NCBI GenBank assembly: GCA_964538505.1
Contig: CAZIDY010000010.1
Location: 10,004 to 74,003, forward strand
Direction of reading: 5' to 3'
Length of the DNA: 64,000 bases
Origin: an uncultured Limnobacter sp.
Lineage (GTDB): Bacteria; Pseudomonadota; Gammaproteobacteria; Burkholderiales; Burkholderiaceae_E
In this document: one piece after another, positions 1 to 13,223 of the stretch
Position numbering within the stretch: position 1 is the first letter of the stretch
Layout of the letters: the number at the start of each line of letters is the position of its first letter
Program-made: the position numbers and the translations under genes
The notes under the pieces: generated by a model
Databases searched by the model: none
What the model was told of the DNA's origin: nothing
Seen by the model: only the letters and a program-made list of their open reading frames with translations

Positions 1-768
1 CCGTCACCGGCAGGCCCTCGGCTTTCGCACGACGCACGAGCTCGACACCGGCCGCCGACGAGAGCCGGCACAGGTGCACCCGGCAACCCGTATCGCGCAC
101 GAGATCGAGAATCGTATGGACCGCGATCGTTTCGGCAACGACCGGGATGCCCGACAGGCCGAGCCGCGCAGCGACTACACCCGCGTGCGCAACACCACCG
201 CGTGCGAGATGCGGATCCTGTGGCTGCACCCAGACGGTGTAGCCGAAGGTGTTCGCATACTGCATCGCCCGCTGCAGCACCTGCGTGTCGAGCACCGGCG
301 CGAGCGCCTGCGAGAAACCGACGCAACCGGCTTCGGCGAGCTGCGCCATCTCGGTGATCACCTCGCCGGCCAGGCGAATCGTGAGCGCGCCGAGCGGATA
401 CAGATGCGCGAGGTCGAGACCGCGCGCGCGGTGCTTGAGCATCTCGACGAGTCCGGGCTCGTCGAGCGGCGGGTCGGTGTCCGGGGGGCACGACAGCGAC
501 GTGATGCCGCCGGCGACCGCTGCGTGCATCTCCGATTCGAGCGTCGCGCGATACTCGAAGCCGGGCTCGCGCAGACGTGCAGCGAGATCGACGAGCCCGG
601 GCGCGACGACGAGGCCGCGTGCATCGACTGTGCGATCGGCGCGGAAGCCGTCGGGCGCAGGGCCGATGCCGACGATGCGTCCGTCGGCAACATGCACGTC
701 GGCGACGCGATCGAGCCCGGAGGCCGGGTCGATCACGCGCCCGTGGACGATCGACAGACGGCCGGCAT
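1..768 (-). CDS. pyrC: dihydroorotase-like protein, N-terminal part only (gene runs off the left edge); probably the non-catalytic PyrC' type
   Basis: My translation of the minus strand from ATG at 768: [37 protein letters not shown]...APGLVDLAARLREPGFEYRATLESE..., a DHOase/amidohydrolase pattern. The usual D-x-H-x-H metal motif reads DLAAR. The start abuts the pyrB stop at 769. It is absent from the ORF track because there is no stop in the window. Confidence 0.85.
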
Positions 769-1746
769 TCATTCCTGCGACTGCCCGAGAATGCTCATCA
801 CCGCCATGCGCACGGCGATGCCGAAGGTGACCTGGTCGAGGATCACCGACTGCGGTCCGTCGGCCACCGCCGACTCGATCTCGACGCCGCGGTTCATCGG
901 CCCGGGATGCATCACGATGCAATCGGGCGCGGCGAGCGCGAGCTTCTCCTGCGTGAGCCCATAGTGCTTGAAGTACTCCTGCGCCGACGGCAGCAGCGCA
1001 CCGCGCATCCGCTCGTTCTGCAACCGCAGCATGATCACGACATCGGCGCCGCGCAGACCCTCGCGCATGTCGGTGTACACCTTCATGCCGAGGTGCTCGA
1101 GCCCGCCCGGCAGCAGCGTGTGCGGACCGATCGCGCGCACCTCGGGAACGCCGAGCGTGGTGAGCGCGTGAATGTCGGAGCGTGCGACGCGCGAATGCAG
1201 GATGTCACCGACGACCGCCACCGTGAGCTTCGTGAAGTCGCCCTTGTAGTGGCGGATCGTGTACATGTCGAGCAGCCCCTGCGTGGGGTGCGCGTGTCGC
1301 CCGTCGCCCGCATTGATGACGTTCACATGCGGGGCCTGGCCGCGCATGCGCTCGATGTGCTGCGCGATCAGGTAGGGCGCCCCGCTCTGCGCATGACGCA
1401 CGATGAACATGTCGGCGTGCATCGCCATCAGGTTGTCGATCGTGTCGAGCAGCGACTCGCCTTTCGACGTCGACGACGTGTTGATGTTCAGGTTGATGAC
1501 GTCGGCCGACAGGCGCTTGGCTGCGATCTCGAAGGTGGTGCGCGTGCGCGTCGAGTTCTCGAAGAACAGGTTGAACACCGACTTGCCGCGCAGCAGCGGC
1601 ACCTTCTTCACTTCGCGGTCGGAGACGCCGACGAAGCTCTCGGCAGTGTCGAGAATGCGGTGGATCAGCTCGCGCGGCAGCCCCTCGATCGTCAGCAGGT
1701 GCCGCAGCTCGCCCTTGTCGTTCAGTTGCGGGTGGCGCATCGGCAT
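769..1746 (-). CDS. pyrB: aspartate carbamoyltransferase catalytic subunit
   Basis: Internal start [23 protein letters not shown] of ORF 769..2151. Contains the [18 protein letters not shown] and HPTQGLLD motifs typical of ATCase. Confidence 0.95.
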   Translation of the reverse strand: MPMRHPQLNDKGELRHLLTIEGLPRELIHRILDTAESFVGVSDREVKKVPLLRGKSVFNLFFENSTRTRTTFEIAAKRLSADVINLNINTSSTSKGESLLDTIDNLMAMHADMFIVRHAQSGAPYLIAQHIERMRGQAPHVNVINAGDGRHAHPTQGLLDMYTIRHYKGDFTKLTVAVVGDILHSRVARSDIHALTTLGVPEVRAIGPHTLLPGGLEHLGMKVYTDMREGLRGADVVIMLRLQNERMRGALLPSAQEYFKHYGLTQEKLALAAPDCIVMHPGPMNRGVEIESAVADGPQSVILDQVTFGIAVRMAVMSILGQSQE

Positions 1747-1766
1747 ATCGGCCTCATTTGCCCCCG

Positions 1767-2261
1767 TCACTCGATCCGCAGCGAGAAGCGGCCCTGCGCG
1801 TCGCGCGCGAAAGCGTAGTTGCGCGGCGCCTGCAGCGGCCAGACGGCCCCGCAATAACGCGCTTCGATCGGCAGCTCGCGCCCGCCGCGATCGAGCAGCA
1901 CGGCGAGCTCGATGCGCGCAGGACGGCCGTAGTCGAAAAGCTCGTTCATCGCGGCGCGAACGGTGCGACCGGTGTAGAGGATGTCGTCGACGAGCACGAT
2001 GTCGGCCGCCTCTACCTCGAAAGGCAGCGCCGTGCCCTTCATCTCGCTCGGCAGGCCGCGGCGGCCGTAGTCGTCGCGATGGAAAGCGATCGACAGCGAG
2101 CCGAGTGGTCTTTCGAGCGCGAGATCGCGATGCAGCCTTTCTGCGATCCACGCGCCGCCGCTGTAGATGCCGATCAGCGACACGTCCCGGCCGGCGATGC
2201 CTTCACGCACGGCGCGCAGCAGTTGCGCATACAGCGCCTCGGCGTCGGGAGTCTCGTTCAT
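1767..2261 (-). CDS. pyrR: bifunctional pyrimidine operon regulator / uracil phosphoribosyltransferase PyrR
   Basis: 164-aa ORF with the PRTase motif [16 protein letters not shown]. Sits directly upstream of pyrB. Confidence 0.9.
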   Translation of the reverse strand: MNETPDAEALYAQLLRAVREGIAGRDVSLIGIYSGGAWIAERLHRDLALERPLGSLSIAFHRDDYGRRGLPSEMKGTALPFEVEAADIVLVDDILYTGRTVRAAMNELFDYGRPARIELAVLLDRGGRELPIEARYCGAVWPLQAPRNYAFARDAQGRFSLRIE

Positions 2262-2280
2262 CCGGGATGGGCAGCGGAGT

Positions 2281-2835
2281 TCAGCGGCGGGACAGGTATT
2301 GTCGCAGGATTATCGCCGCGGCTTCGGCGTCGTCGGCTTCGGGCTGGGTCGTGCGCCTGCGGCGCTGGCCGGCGCCCGCACGCCTTACAGCGTGCTCGCC
2401 CGGCTCGGCGCGCCTTCTCGCTGCCAGCATCGCGGCCGCCTCCAGGCTCGACCCGCTCTCGTCGACGAGCTCGACCGGCAGTTGAAAGCGCCCGGCGAGT
2501 TGCCGCGCGAAGCGTTCGCAGCGTGCGGCCGTTTCACGGATATTCGATTCATCGGCGGCAGGCGCACTCGCTTCGTCGGGGGCCGACACGGCGGGTGAGC
2601 TCGTCGCGCCCAGAGATGGTGCGACCGCCGCTTCGCCGGAAGGCACTGCGGGCCGTCCGACCACGAGCACATCAGGGCGCCATTGCTCGACGAGCGTGGA
2701 AATCTCCTTCCAGCGCTTCTCGAGCGGCTCGGAGTCGACGATCGCGAGCGCTTCCGCAGTACCGGTGACGGTGTTTCCGACAGCCACGCCGATGCGGATG
2801 CGACCGAAATCGAATCCGAGCAGCGTCTGCGCCAA
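2281..2835 (-). CDS. ruvX: Holliday junction resolvase-like protein RuvX/YqgF, with a low-complexity insertion
   Basis: N-terminus LLGFDFGRIRIGVAVGN is typical of YqgF. At 184 aa it is longer than usual because of an Ala/Ser/Pro-rich internal stretch. Confidence 0.85.
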   Translation of the reverse strand: MAQTLLGFDFGRIRIGVAVGNTVTGTAEALAIVDSEPLEKRWKEISTLVEQWRPDVLVVGRPAVPSGEAAVAPSLGATSSPAVSAPDEASAPAADESNIRETAARCERFARQLAGRFQLPVELVDESGSSLEAAAMLAARRRAEPGEHAVRRAGAGQRRRRTTQPEADDAEAAAIILRQYLSRR

Positions 2836-3405
2836 TCAGGCGTGCCCGGCCGACATCGACAGGAATGCCGGATCAATGCCGAGAAGGCGAAACGCGCCCG
2901 GCAGCCGCTCCTCGATCGGCGTGTCGAAAATGAGCTCGCTCGTCGCCGGAACCGTGAGCCAGGAGTTGTGCGCGATCTCTTCCTCGAGCTGCCCTGGCCC
3001 CCAGCCGGCGTAGCCGAGCGTGACGATCATGCGCTGCGGGCCCGCACCTTCGGCCACCGCCTCGAGCACGTCTTTCGACGAAGTTAGACCGAGGCCGTCG
3101 CCGACGCTGACCGTGGAGTTCCACTCGCCGACCGGTTCGTGCAGCACGAAACCGCGGTCCATCTGCACCGGGCCGCCGAAGAGCACGGGCGACGAGGCGA
3201 GCGGCGCGATCTCGAGCTTCAGGTCGATGCGCTCGAACAGCGTGGCGAGGTCGATCTGCATTGGCCGGTTGATGACGAGGCCGAGCGCGCCCTTCGGGCT
3301 GTGCTCGGCGATGAACACGACGGCCCCGCCGAAGTTCGAGTCGCTCATGCTCGGCATGGCGATCAGGAACTGGTTGGTGAAATCGGCGGGTGCGCTCGAG
3401 GCCAT
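2836..3405 (-). CDS. algH: YqgE/AlgH family protein (UPF0301)
   Basis: FLIAMPSMSDSNFGGAVVFIAEHSPKGALGLVINRP is the AlgH signature. The internal Met (MASSAP) gives about 189 aa; the ORF is open up to 3456. Confidence 0.85.
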   Translation of the reverse strand: MASSAPADFTNQFLIAMPSMSDSNFGGAVVFIAEHSPKGALGLVINRPMQIDLATLFERIDLKLEIAPLASSPVLFGGPVQMDRGFVLHEPVGEWNSTVSVGDGLGLTSSKDVLEAVAEGAGPQRMIVTLGYAGWGPGQLEEEIAHNSWLTVPATSELIFDTPIEERLPGAFRLLGIDPAFLSMSAGHA

Positions 3406-3457
3406 CACCGGATTGTAAAGACCTGCCCGAGGGGGCACAACGTCAGCGCGCATCACA

Positions 3458-6400
3458 CTACGAAACCCGGACGCGCTCCTTGCGTGCCTGCACGAACGCA
3501 GCGAGGTGCGCGAGCAGCTCGTCGTCGCGATACGGCTTGCCCAGATACACGTTCACGCCGAGCGACATCGCGTGGTTGCGGTGCTTGTCGGCCATGCGCG
3601 ACGTGATCATCACGATCGGCGTGTCGCGCAACCGGTCGTCTGCACGTACGTTGCGCGTGAGATCGAAGCCGTCCATGCGCGGCATCTCGATGTCGACGAG
3701 CATCACGTCGGGCTGTCGATCCTGCAGCTGGCGCATCGCATCGACGCCGTCCTTGGCCAGCATCACCTCGTACCCCTCGCGCACGAGCAGCCGCTGCGTG
3801 ACCTTGCGAACGGTGAGGGAATCGTCGACGACCATCACGGTGGGCGGCACATCGTCGAGCGTGCGGCGATCGAGGCCGGCGGGTCGCTCGAGCCACAGAT
3901 CGCCGAGCACCTGCTGCGCAACGCGCGCGGCGTTGAGGATCAGCACGATCTCGCCATCGGCGAGCACGGTGGCGCCGCCGATGCCCTGCACACGCGCCAC
4001 CTGCGCGCCGACGTTCTTGACGACGACTTCCTGGTTGCGGCTGACCGCATCGACGTGCATCGCAAGCCGCAGCGCGCCCGATCGCACCACGACGACCGGC
4101 GACAGGTGCTGTGCGAGCGGACGCGGATCGTCCAGTCCGACGAGCGCGCCGAGGTAATGCAGCGGCACCTGTGCGCCCTGCCATTCGATCGAGCCTTCGT
4201 CGTACGCGGAGGCGAGCGCCTGAGGCTTGAGCTGCAGCACCTGCTCGACGCTCGATGACGGCACCGCGTAGCGCGTGCTGCCGACCGTGACGACGACGAC
4301 CTGCGCGATCGCAAGCGTCAGCGGCAGATGAACGGTAAAGCGCGTGCCCTGCCCGGCTTCCGAATCGATGTCGATGCGCCCGCCGAGGCTCTGCACCTCG
4401 GCGCGCACGACGTCGGTGCCGACACCGCGGCCACTGAGCTCGGTGACCTCGCTCGCCGTCGAAAAACCCGGCGCGAAGATCAGTTCGGAAAGCTCGCGCT
4501 CCGACGGCGACGCATCGGCGGGCACGAGCCCGATGTTGCGCGCACGCGCAAGGATCTTCGCGTAGTCGAGGCCACGTCCGTCGTCCTGGAAGAAGATGAC
4601 GACCTCGTTACCTTCCTGCCGCACTTCGACGCGGATCTCGCCGGTCTCTGCCTTGCCGGCTGCCTGCCGCTCGGCCTGCAGCTCGATACCGTGCGCGACC
4701 GCGTTGCGCAGCAGGTGCTCGATCGGCGCGACCATCCGCTCGAGGACGCCGCGATCGACCTCGACCGCCGCTCCCCGCAAGTCCATCGACACGCGCTTGC
4801 CGAGCTCCTTCGCCGCCTGGCGCACGACGCGATACAGGCGGTCGGAAATCGTGCCGAACTGCACCATGCGCATGCGCATCAGGTTCTGCTGCAGGTCGCG
4901 CAGCACCTGCGCGTGCCGGACCATGTCCTGCGACGCGACGTCCAGCCCACGCGTCGCGTTCGTCTGCACGGTGGCGACGTCGTTCACCGACTCGGCCAGC
5001 ATCCGCGCGAGCTCCTGGAAGCGCGTGTAGCGATCGAACTCGAGCGGGTCGAAGTCGGCCTTCGTTTCCTTCTGCAGCGCGATGCGCGCCTGGATCTGCG
5101 ACTCGGCCTGGATCTCGATCTCGCGCAGCTGCGAGCGCAGGCGCCCGACGTTCTCGGTAAGATCCTGCAGCGACAGGCGCAGCGTGCCGAGTTCGTTCTC
5201 GATGCGCGATCGCGCGATCGACACCTCACCGGATTCGTTGAGCGCACGCTCGAGCAGGTCGGCGCGAACACGGACGAGCGAGGGCGCGGCGGGCGGAGGC
5301 GCTGCAGGAGTCGGGGTCGGTGCCGTCGCCAGCGGCGTTGCCGGGGCGGCCGCGGCAGGGACTGCCGGAGGCGCCGCGGATGCGGCTGCAGGAGTCGCTG
5401 CTGGAACAGCGCGCTCCTCCAGCTTCGGCGTCGCCTGCGCGGGCGGGCTTCCGTCCACGTCGACCATCGGCCCCGGGCGCGGCGCGGACGCTTCAGCCGT
5501 TGCCTGAATCGTGCTTTCCGTCGAAACCTCGTCCTCGACCATTGCCGACGACGGCTGTGCAGCAACGGCACTGCGTCCGGGATCACGAATCGCCTCGAAC
5601 AACTCGACGACCTGGTCGTGATCGGCGATCAACTCTTCGATCAACGTACCGGGCACGACACTGAGCACGCTCGCCGCCTCGATGCGCGTCTCCATCTCGT
5701 GTACGTGCTGGCCGAGCGTCATCGCGCCGGCCATCCGCGCACTGCCCTTCACCGTGTGCAGGTCGCGCATCAGCTGCTGCGACAACGAACGATCGTCGGG
5801 CGCCGACTGCCATGCGCGCAGGTTCTCGCCGATGCGCGGCAGCTGGTCGCTCGCCTCCTCGACGAAGATCGGCAGCAGGTCGGCGTCGAGCTCCTCTCCC
5901 GATTCGGTAGCGAAGGAGGTCGACGGCTGGCGTGTCACGCGCGGATCCCAACGCGCGCAAAGCGCATGGGCGAGCGCAAAGGCATCCGGTTCCGGACGCG
6001 GCTCATGGCCGGCCGCGAACTGATGGAGCATGCCTCGCACACGCTCGATCGCGTGCGCGTAGTCGTCGAGGTCATCGCCGGTGATCGCGACGGCCTGCGC
6101 GCGCTGGCGCAGCAGGAAAGTCTCGAGCTGCTCGGCAATTGCATGGACTTCGTCGAGCTGAACGAGCGAAGCGCTGCCTTTCAGCGAATGCATCGCCCGC
6201 TGCGCCGTCTCGGTCGCTCCGCGCACAGGCTGTGCCGTCCACTCGGCCGCGTCCGTGCTCAGCGTCGATACCAGCTCGTCGGCCTCGGTAAGGAAGATCT
6301 CGTACAGCGAACGGCTGATCGAGCGCTCGCCGATCCAGACCTCGTCGAGCACGGGCTCTGCGGGCTGGACTTCAGGCACGACGAAATGCACATCCTGCGC

Positions 6401-9265
6401 CGTGACAACGGGCGCGTCGATGGTCGACTCGATCACAGGCTCGTCGACGGAGAAGTCGCGCGCGTCGGCGCTTTCTGTCGACTCGAAGGACGAGGCAGGT
6501 TCGACGATTTCGATCGATTCGTGCGGTTCGACAACGTCGGCGGTATCGACTGCTTCAACCGCTTCGGGCGGCTCTACTGCGTCGAGCGATTCGAGCTCTT
6601 CAGGCGATTCATGCGATGCACGCGCTTCGGACGATTCGATCGACACGAGGGTGTCGAGCAATTCGACCGCTTCAACCGCATCGATCTCTTCGATGTGATC
6701 GATCGCCTCGGGAGCTTCGATCGCTTCGGCGGACTCGAGCGCTTCGACCGGTTCAGCCGCTTGAACCGGCGGCAACTCCGCTTCGCTCTCGCGCCCTTCG
6801 CGCAACGCCGTCGCCGCCGCCACCATCGGCTGCGGATCGATCTGCGACGACGCATCGCCCTGCAACGCGTCGACCCAGTGCGCGAAGTGCGCGTGCGCCG
6901 CGTCGATCAGCTGGTGCAACACCGCGCTCGCGGCACGCTCCTCGGCGAGCCACAGGTTCAGCACCTGCTCCATCGCCCACGCGGCTTCGCCGAAGGCCAT
7001 GAGCCCGACCATCCGGCTCGAGCCCTTCAACGTATGAAAGCCACGCCGAATCGTCGTCAGCAGTGCAGTGTCGCTCGGCGCGTTGCGCGACTGCGCGGTG
7101 GCCTCCTCGATCGCGGCGAGCACCTCCTGCGCTTCGCCAAGGAAGATCTCGAGCAGCTCCTGGTCGATCTCGGCTTCGGGCCGCTCGGGCTCGACAGCCG
7201 CCGGCTCCGCAACAGCCGGCGCAGTGCTCCCCGACAGCTTGCCGATCGCCGCCTGCAGCGAAGACAGGTCCTCGCCGCTCGACGCATCGAGGCATGCGAT
7301 CGCCTCGTTCGCCGCTGCCTTCAGCGTGTCGTCGTCGGCGAGGTGCGCGTCGTCGCGAACCTTCATCAGCGTACGGCGCAACGAATCGCGCAGCTGCGAA
7401 TCGACCGGACGCTCGACGAGCAGGGCGACGAGTTCGGCGGCCTGGCGCGCATGCTGCGCCAGCAACGACTCGGTGGTCGCGTCGAGCGGAACGACGACGG
7501 TGCGCGGATCCGGCCTCGCCTCGTCGAACACCGCATCGAAGCGCCCGGACGACGCATCGAACTCGAAACGCGCACCCGTGCGATTCGCCTGTTGCAGGCC
7601 CTCGACGAAGAAACCGAGCGCCCCGACGCTGTCGGCTACGTTCTGGCACAGCTCGGGCGCAGGGATGCCCTCCTCGCCCGCGAAGCTCTCGACGCGCGCA
7701 GCAGCGGCGAGCGACGCAGCGGCCGCGTCACCGTGTCCGAGCAACTGGAGCGCGCCCGCCACCTGGCGCAATTGGCGCGCGGTCTGCGGCAGGTCGGTGC
7801 GCTGCGATGCGTCGCGAAAGAATGCATCGAGCGTCTGCTCGGCCGAACGCAGGTTGCCCTGTGCCTCGGCGACGAAGGTCGACATCGTGAGCCGTTCCTG
7901 CGCGAGATGACTGATCTCGCGCAGCCACTGCGGCATCGCTTCGTCGAGCACCCTGCCCGCGCAGACGGAAAGGACCCGCTCGGCCATCTCGCCGGCGTGC
8001 GCGTCGTATTCGCCCTGTCCCTTGAGCCCACGCTCGAAGATCTGCTCGGCGAAGAGCAGCGCCGAGGCGAGCTCGAGTGCAAGCGCCTCCGACGGCACCG
8101 GCTTGCCGAGCGCAAGCGTGCGGCTGGCTTCGCCGAAGGCATCGGCCAGCGCCTGCACGCCGGGAAACGGCAGCTTCGCCACCGCCGAACGCAACGCGGC
8201 AACCGACTGCGTGAACGAGGCAAGCTCGGGCGCGTTGCCCGCAGAGAGCTTCTCCCAGGCCAGTTTCGCGCGTGCGATTGCCTCTTTCGAGGTCCTCAAC
8301 GCTTGCGCATCGACGCGGCCGAAACGCGGCGTCGCGAAATCGGCCGGGACGCTGCCCGGCAGGCCGAATGCCCGCCGCACCTCTGCGACGAGCGGCGAGC
8401 CGGCGCTGCGCAGCTCATCCGCACAGGCGAGCCCGAACAGCGTGTCCCTCAGCAACCGGTCGGCGACGGGTGCACCTTCGGCGATCGATCGACGCAACTG
8501 CAGGTTCAGCCGCGCAAGCAGCCGCTTGCCGTATACGTCGAGCACGAGCGCACCGTCGCGCAGCGCCTCGAACCAGGCGAGTGCCACTTTCCAGAACGTG
8601 GGGTGCGCGGCGCCCACCTGCGAAGCACCGATTCGCGCCACGGCGGCGTGCAGCGCAGCCAGGTCGGCGCCATCGGACGGATCGCGCAGCACCGACAGCA
8701 GCGCACGCTCGAAGGAGACGCGCGTTGCGATCAGCTCGGAGGCATCGCACTCGTGCACGACGTCGTCGTTGCCGACGAGCTGTGCACGCACCGGAACGAC
8801 GAAGAGATCCGCCGGATGAATGCGTTCGGCACCGCGCATCTGCAACAGCGACGCGTAATACGGGAACAGGTACAACGGCTGCTGCGGCTCGCCGATCGCC
8901 AGTTCGTCGAGATACTCGAGGAGCGCCGCGAAGACACGCGCGAAGGCAGCGAGCATCGCCTCGTCGAGCGCGATCTGGCCGCGCGCAACGCGCTCGAGCA
9001 CGGCTTCGGCCTCCGCGGTAACCGTCGACACACCCGCGAGATCGACAATCGACAGCGCACCGTGCGCCTGGTGCAAGGCCGCGCGTGCGGCCGCAAGCCC
9101 CGGCAGCGCTTCGGGCGCGGCAGCCGATTCACCGTTGCCGTCCGACAGACAGGCCCGCAGGCCCTCCTCGCATCCCGCAAGCGATTCGCGGATCTCGCCG
9201 AGACACCACGACAGCGTCGCAAGGTCGGCGGGATCGAGGCTTTCGTTCCGATGCGCGTCGGTCAT
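3458..9265 (-). CDS. chpA: ChpA/PilL-type hybrid CheA-like histidine kinase of the type IV pilus chemosensory system (multi-Hpt, HATPase, CheW, C-terminal receiver)
   Basis: 1935 aa. At least three clear Hpt motifs (FHTLKGSSRM, MHSLKGSASL, LHTVKGSARM). Also an HATPase block (DDGRGLD...GRGVGTDVV), a CheW-like region and a terminal REC domain (VMVVDDSLTVRK...DIEMPRMDG). Lies downstream of pilGHIJ. Confidence 0.9.
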   Translation of the reverse strand: MTDAHRNESLDPADLATLSWCLGEIRESLAGCEEGLRACLSDGNGESAAAPEALPGLAAARAALHQAHGALSIVDLAGVSTVTAEAEAVLERVARGQIALDEAMLAAFARVFAALLEYLDELAIGEPQQPLYLFPYYASLLQMRGAERIHPADLFVVPVRAQLVGNDDVVHECDASELIATRVSFERALLSVLRDPSDGADLAALHAAVARIGASQVGAAHPTFWKVALAWFEALRDGALVLDVYGKRLLARLNLQLRRSIAEGAPVADRLLRDTLFGLACADELRSAGSPLVAEVRRAFGLPGSVPADFATPRFGRVDAQALRTSKEAIARAKLAWEKLSAGNAPELASFTQSVAALRSAVAKLPFPGVQALADAFGEASRTLALGKPVPSEALALELASALLFAEQIFERGLKGQGEYDAHAGEMAERVLSVCAGRVLDEAMPQWLREISHLAQERLTMSTFVAEAQGNLRSAEQTLDAFFRDASQRTDLPQTARQLRQVAGALQLLGHGDAAAASLAAAARVESFAGEEGIPAPELCQNVADSVGALGFFVEGLQQANRTGARFEFDASSGRFDAVFDEARPDPRTVVVPLDATTESLLAQHARQAAELVALLVERPVDSQLRDSLRRTLMKVRDDAHLADDDTLKAAANEAIACLDASSGEDLSSLQAAIGKLSGSTAPAVAEPAAVEPERPEAEIDQELLEIFLGEAQEVLAAIEEATAQSRNAPSDTALLTTIRRGFHTLKGSSRMVGLMAFGEAAWAMEQVLNLWLAEERAASAVLHQLIDAAHAHFAHWVDALQGDASSQIDPQPMVAAATALREGRESEAELPPVQAAEPVEALESAEAIEAPEAIDHIEEIDAVEAVELLDTLVSIESSEARASHESPEELESLDAVEPPEAVEAVDTADVVEPHESIEIVEPASSFESTESADARDFSVDEPVIESTIDAPVVTAQDVHFVVPEVQPAEPVLDEVWIGERSISRSLYEIFLTEADELVSTLSTDAAEWTAQPVRGATETAQRAMHSLKGSASLVQLDEVHAIAEQLETFLLRQRAQAVAITGDDLDDYAHAIERVRGMLHQFAAGHEPRPEPDAFALAHALCARWDPRVTRQPSTSFATESGEELDADLLPIFVEEASDQLPRIGENLRAWQSAPDDRSLSQQLMRDLHTVKGSARMAGAMTLGQHVHEMETRIEAASVLSVVPGTLIEELIADHDQVVELFEAIRDPGRSAVAAQPSSAMVEDEVSTESTIQATAEASAPRPGPMVDVDGSPPAQATPKLEERAVPAATPAAASAAPPAVPAAAAPATPLATAPTPTPAAPPPAAPSLVRVRADLLERALNESGEVSIARSRIENELGTLRLSLQDLTENVGRLRSQLREIEIQAESQIQARIALQKETKADFDPLEFDRYTRFQELARMLAESVNDVATVQTNATRGLDVASQDMVRHAQVLRDLQQNLMRMRMVQFGTISDRLYRVVRQAAKELGKRVSMDLRGAAVEVDRGVLERMVAPIEHLLRNAVAHGIELQAERQAAGKAETGEIRVEVRQEGNEVVIFFQDDGRGLDYAKILARARNIGLVPADASPSERELSELIFAPGFSTASEVTELSGRGVGTDVVRAEVQSLGGRIDIDSEAGQGTRFTVHLPLTLAIAQVVVVTVGSTRYAVPSSSVEQVLQLKPQALASAYDEGSIEWQGAQVPLHYLGALVGLDDPRPLAQHLSPVVVVRSGALRLAMHVDAVSRNQEVVVKNVGAQVARVQGIGGATVLADGEIVLILNAARVAQQVLGDLWLERPAGLDRRTLDDVPPTVMVVDDSLTVRKVTQRLLVREGYEVMLAKDGVDAMRQLQDRQPDVMLVDIEMPRMDGFDLTRNVRADDRLRDTPIVMITSRMADKHRNHAMSLGVNVYLGKPYRDDELLAHLAAFVQARKERVRVS

Positions 9266-9321
9266 CAGCGATTCCGTTCCGGTTCCGTCTCAGGTGCGCT
9301 CAGTTTCGTCTCAGTGTCGCC

Positions 9322-11622
<2,301 letters not shown>

Positions 11623-11645
11623 TTTTCGTGTCTCCAGAAGGCGGG

Positions 11646-12203
11646 TCAGCGATTCACGGCGAGGAATCGTTCGTCGCCCGCCAGTTCTTCGAGTCTCAGT
11701 TCGGTCCATCGACGGCCTTCGGCGTCGATCCACTGTCGGCCGAGCCACGGGGGCTGCGCCGCTGCATCCGTTGCGTTGCCGTTGGTTTCGCTCGATTCGT
11801 TCGATTGCGCCTCGGTCAGCGCTGCCGTGCCCTGCAGGCCGAGCATGCGATCGACGACGATTGCACCGTTCAGCTTCAGCCGCGGCGCGAATGCGAGCAG
11901 CCGCGTCGTCTTCGTCATCGACGTCGGCCCACGCCCTTCGAAGCGCGCGAGATCGGAAACGCCATACAGCGAACCGCGCAGGTTCACCAGGCCGCGAAAC
12001 CAGTCGTGCGTGAGCGGCACCGGCGTGATCTCGCCCGGCAGCGCGACGATCTCGCCGACCTCCGACAGGTCGACCAGCAGGCTGCGACCGCCGATCTGCA
12101 CGCCGAGGCGCGCAGACTGCGACGGCGCGGACGCGGCCTGGCGCAGCCGCTCCGACAGCCGTACCTGGAACTCGCGAAGACTGTTGCGGCCGCCCATCGT
12201 CAA
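11646..12203 (-). CDS. pilI: CheW-like coupling protein PilI
   Basis: 185-aa CheW-like ORF ([18 protein letters not shown]) whose start overlaps the pilH stop by 4 nt. Confidence 0.85.
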   Translation of the reverse strand: MTMGGRNSLREFQVRLSERLRQAASAPSQSARLGVQIGGRSLLVDLSEVGEIVALPGEITPVPLTHDWFRGLVNLRGSLYGVSDLARFEGRGPTSMTKTTRLLAFAPRLKLNGAIVVDRMLGLQGTAALTEAQSNESSETNGNATDAAAQPPWLGRQWIDAEGRRWTELRLEELAGDERFLAVNR

Positions 12204-12568
12204 TGCGCCAGGTCAGCCACGCGCGCGAGCAGCTCTTCGGGCTTGACCGGCTTCACCAGGTACTCGCGCGCGCCCTGCCGCAGGCCCCAGATCCGGTCGG
12301 TCTCGTTCGACTTGCTCGTGCAGAGAATGATGGGGATCGACTGCGTGTCCGGGTCGCGCGACAGTTCGCGCGTCACCTGGAAGCCGTTCTGGCCGGGCAT
12401 CACGACGTCGAGCACGACCAGCGAAGGACGCTCGATCTTCACCTTCGCCATTGCTTCCTGGCCGTTCTCGGCCGTGATCACCTTGTAGCCCTTCTTCGTG
12501 AGCAGGTCGGCGATGAAATGTCGCTCGGTCGGTGAATCGTCGACGACGAGGATCTTGTACGCAGCCAT
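12200..12568 (-). CDS. pilH: single-domain response regulator PilH
   Basis: 122-aa CheY-like ORF: [13 protein letters not shown]...[10 protein letters not shown]...LVKPV. Confidence 0.9.
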   Translation of the reverse strand: MAAYKILVVDDSPTERHFIADLLTKKGYKVITAENGQEAMAKVKIERPSLVVLDVVMPGQNGFQVTRELSRDPDTQSIPIILCTSKSNETDRIWGLRQGAREYLVKPVKPEELLARVADLAH

Positions 12569-12603
12569 GGTTTCCTTGATGCGTGGTTCGGAGGGAATCT
12601 GGA

Positions 12604-13032
12604 TCAGGCGACGCGCTCGGCGGCGCCGGCGAGCGCCCTGTCGGCGCTGCGCGCGAACTCACGCGCCGCGCGCAGCAGCGCGTCCTTCGTGAAGGGCTTG
12701 GTGAGGTACTGGTCGGAGCCGACCATGCGACCGCGCGCACGGTCGAAGAGACCGTCCTTGCTCGACAGCATCACCACCGGAATCGTGCGAAAGCGCGGAC
12801 TCTTCTTGATCAGCGCGCAGGTCTGGTAGCCATCGAGGCGAGGCATCAGGATGTCGCAGAAGACGACATCGGGATCGTGATCGGCGATCTTCGCCAGCGC
12901 ATCGAAGCCGTCCTCGGCGAGGATCACCTGGCAGCCGGCCTGCTTCAGGAAGATCTCGGCGCTGCGACGAATCGTGTTGCTGTCGTCGATCACCATCACC
13001 TTCACGCCGGTCAACGCCGCCGCGTCGCTCAT
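12604..13032 (-). CDS. pilG: single-domain response regulator PilG
   Basis: Internal start MSDAAALTGVKVMVIDDSNTIRRS (cat at 13030..13032). CheY-like with DILMPRLDG and LTKPF. Confidence 0.9.
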   Translation of the reverse strand: MSDAAALTGVKVMVIDDSNTIRRSAEIFLKQAGCQVILAEDGFDALAKIADHDPDVVFCDILMPRLDGYQTCALIKKSPRFRTIPVVMLSSKDGLFDRARGRMVGSDQYLTKPFTKDALLRAAREFARSADRALAGAAERVA

Positions 13033-13034
13033 GC

Positions 13035-13223
13035 TCAGATCTCCACCATCTCGAAATCCTCCTTGCGCGCACCGCACTCCGGGCAGGTCCAGTTCATCGG
13101 AATGTCCTCCCAGCGCGTACCCGGCGCGATGCCTTCCTCCGGCAGTCCTTTCTCTTCCTCGTACAGAAACCCGCAGATCAGGCACATCCACGTGCGAAAC
13201 GGGGCGTCCGACGCGTCGCTCAT
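13035..13223 (-). CDS. rubredoxin
   Basis: 62 aa with two CxxCG knuckles (CLICGF, CPECGA) and the WEDIP motif. Confidence 0.95.
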   Translation of the reverse strand: MSDASDAPFRTWMCLICGFLYEEEKGLPEEGIAPGTRWEDIPMNWTCPECGARKEDFEMVEI

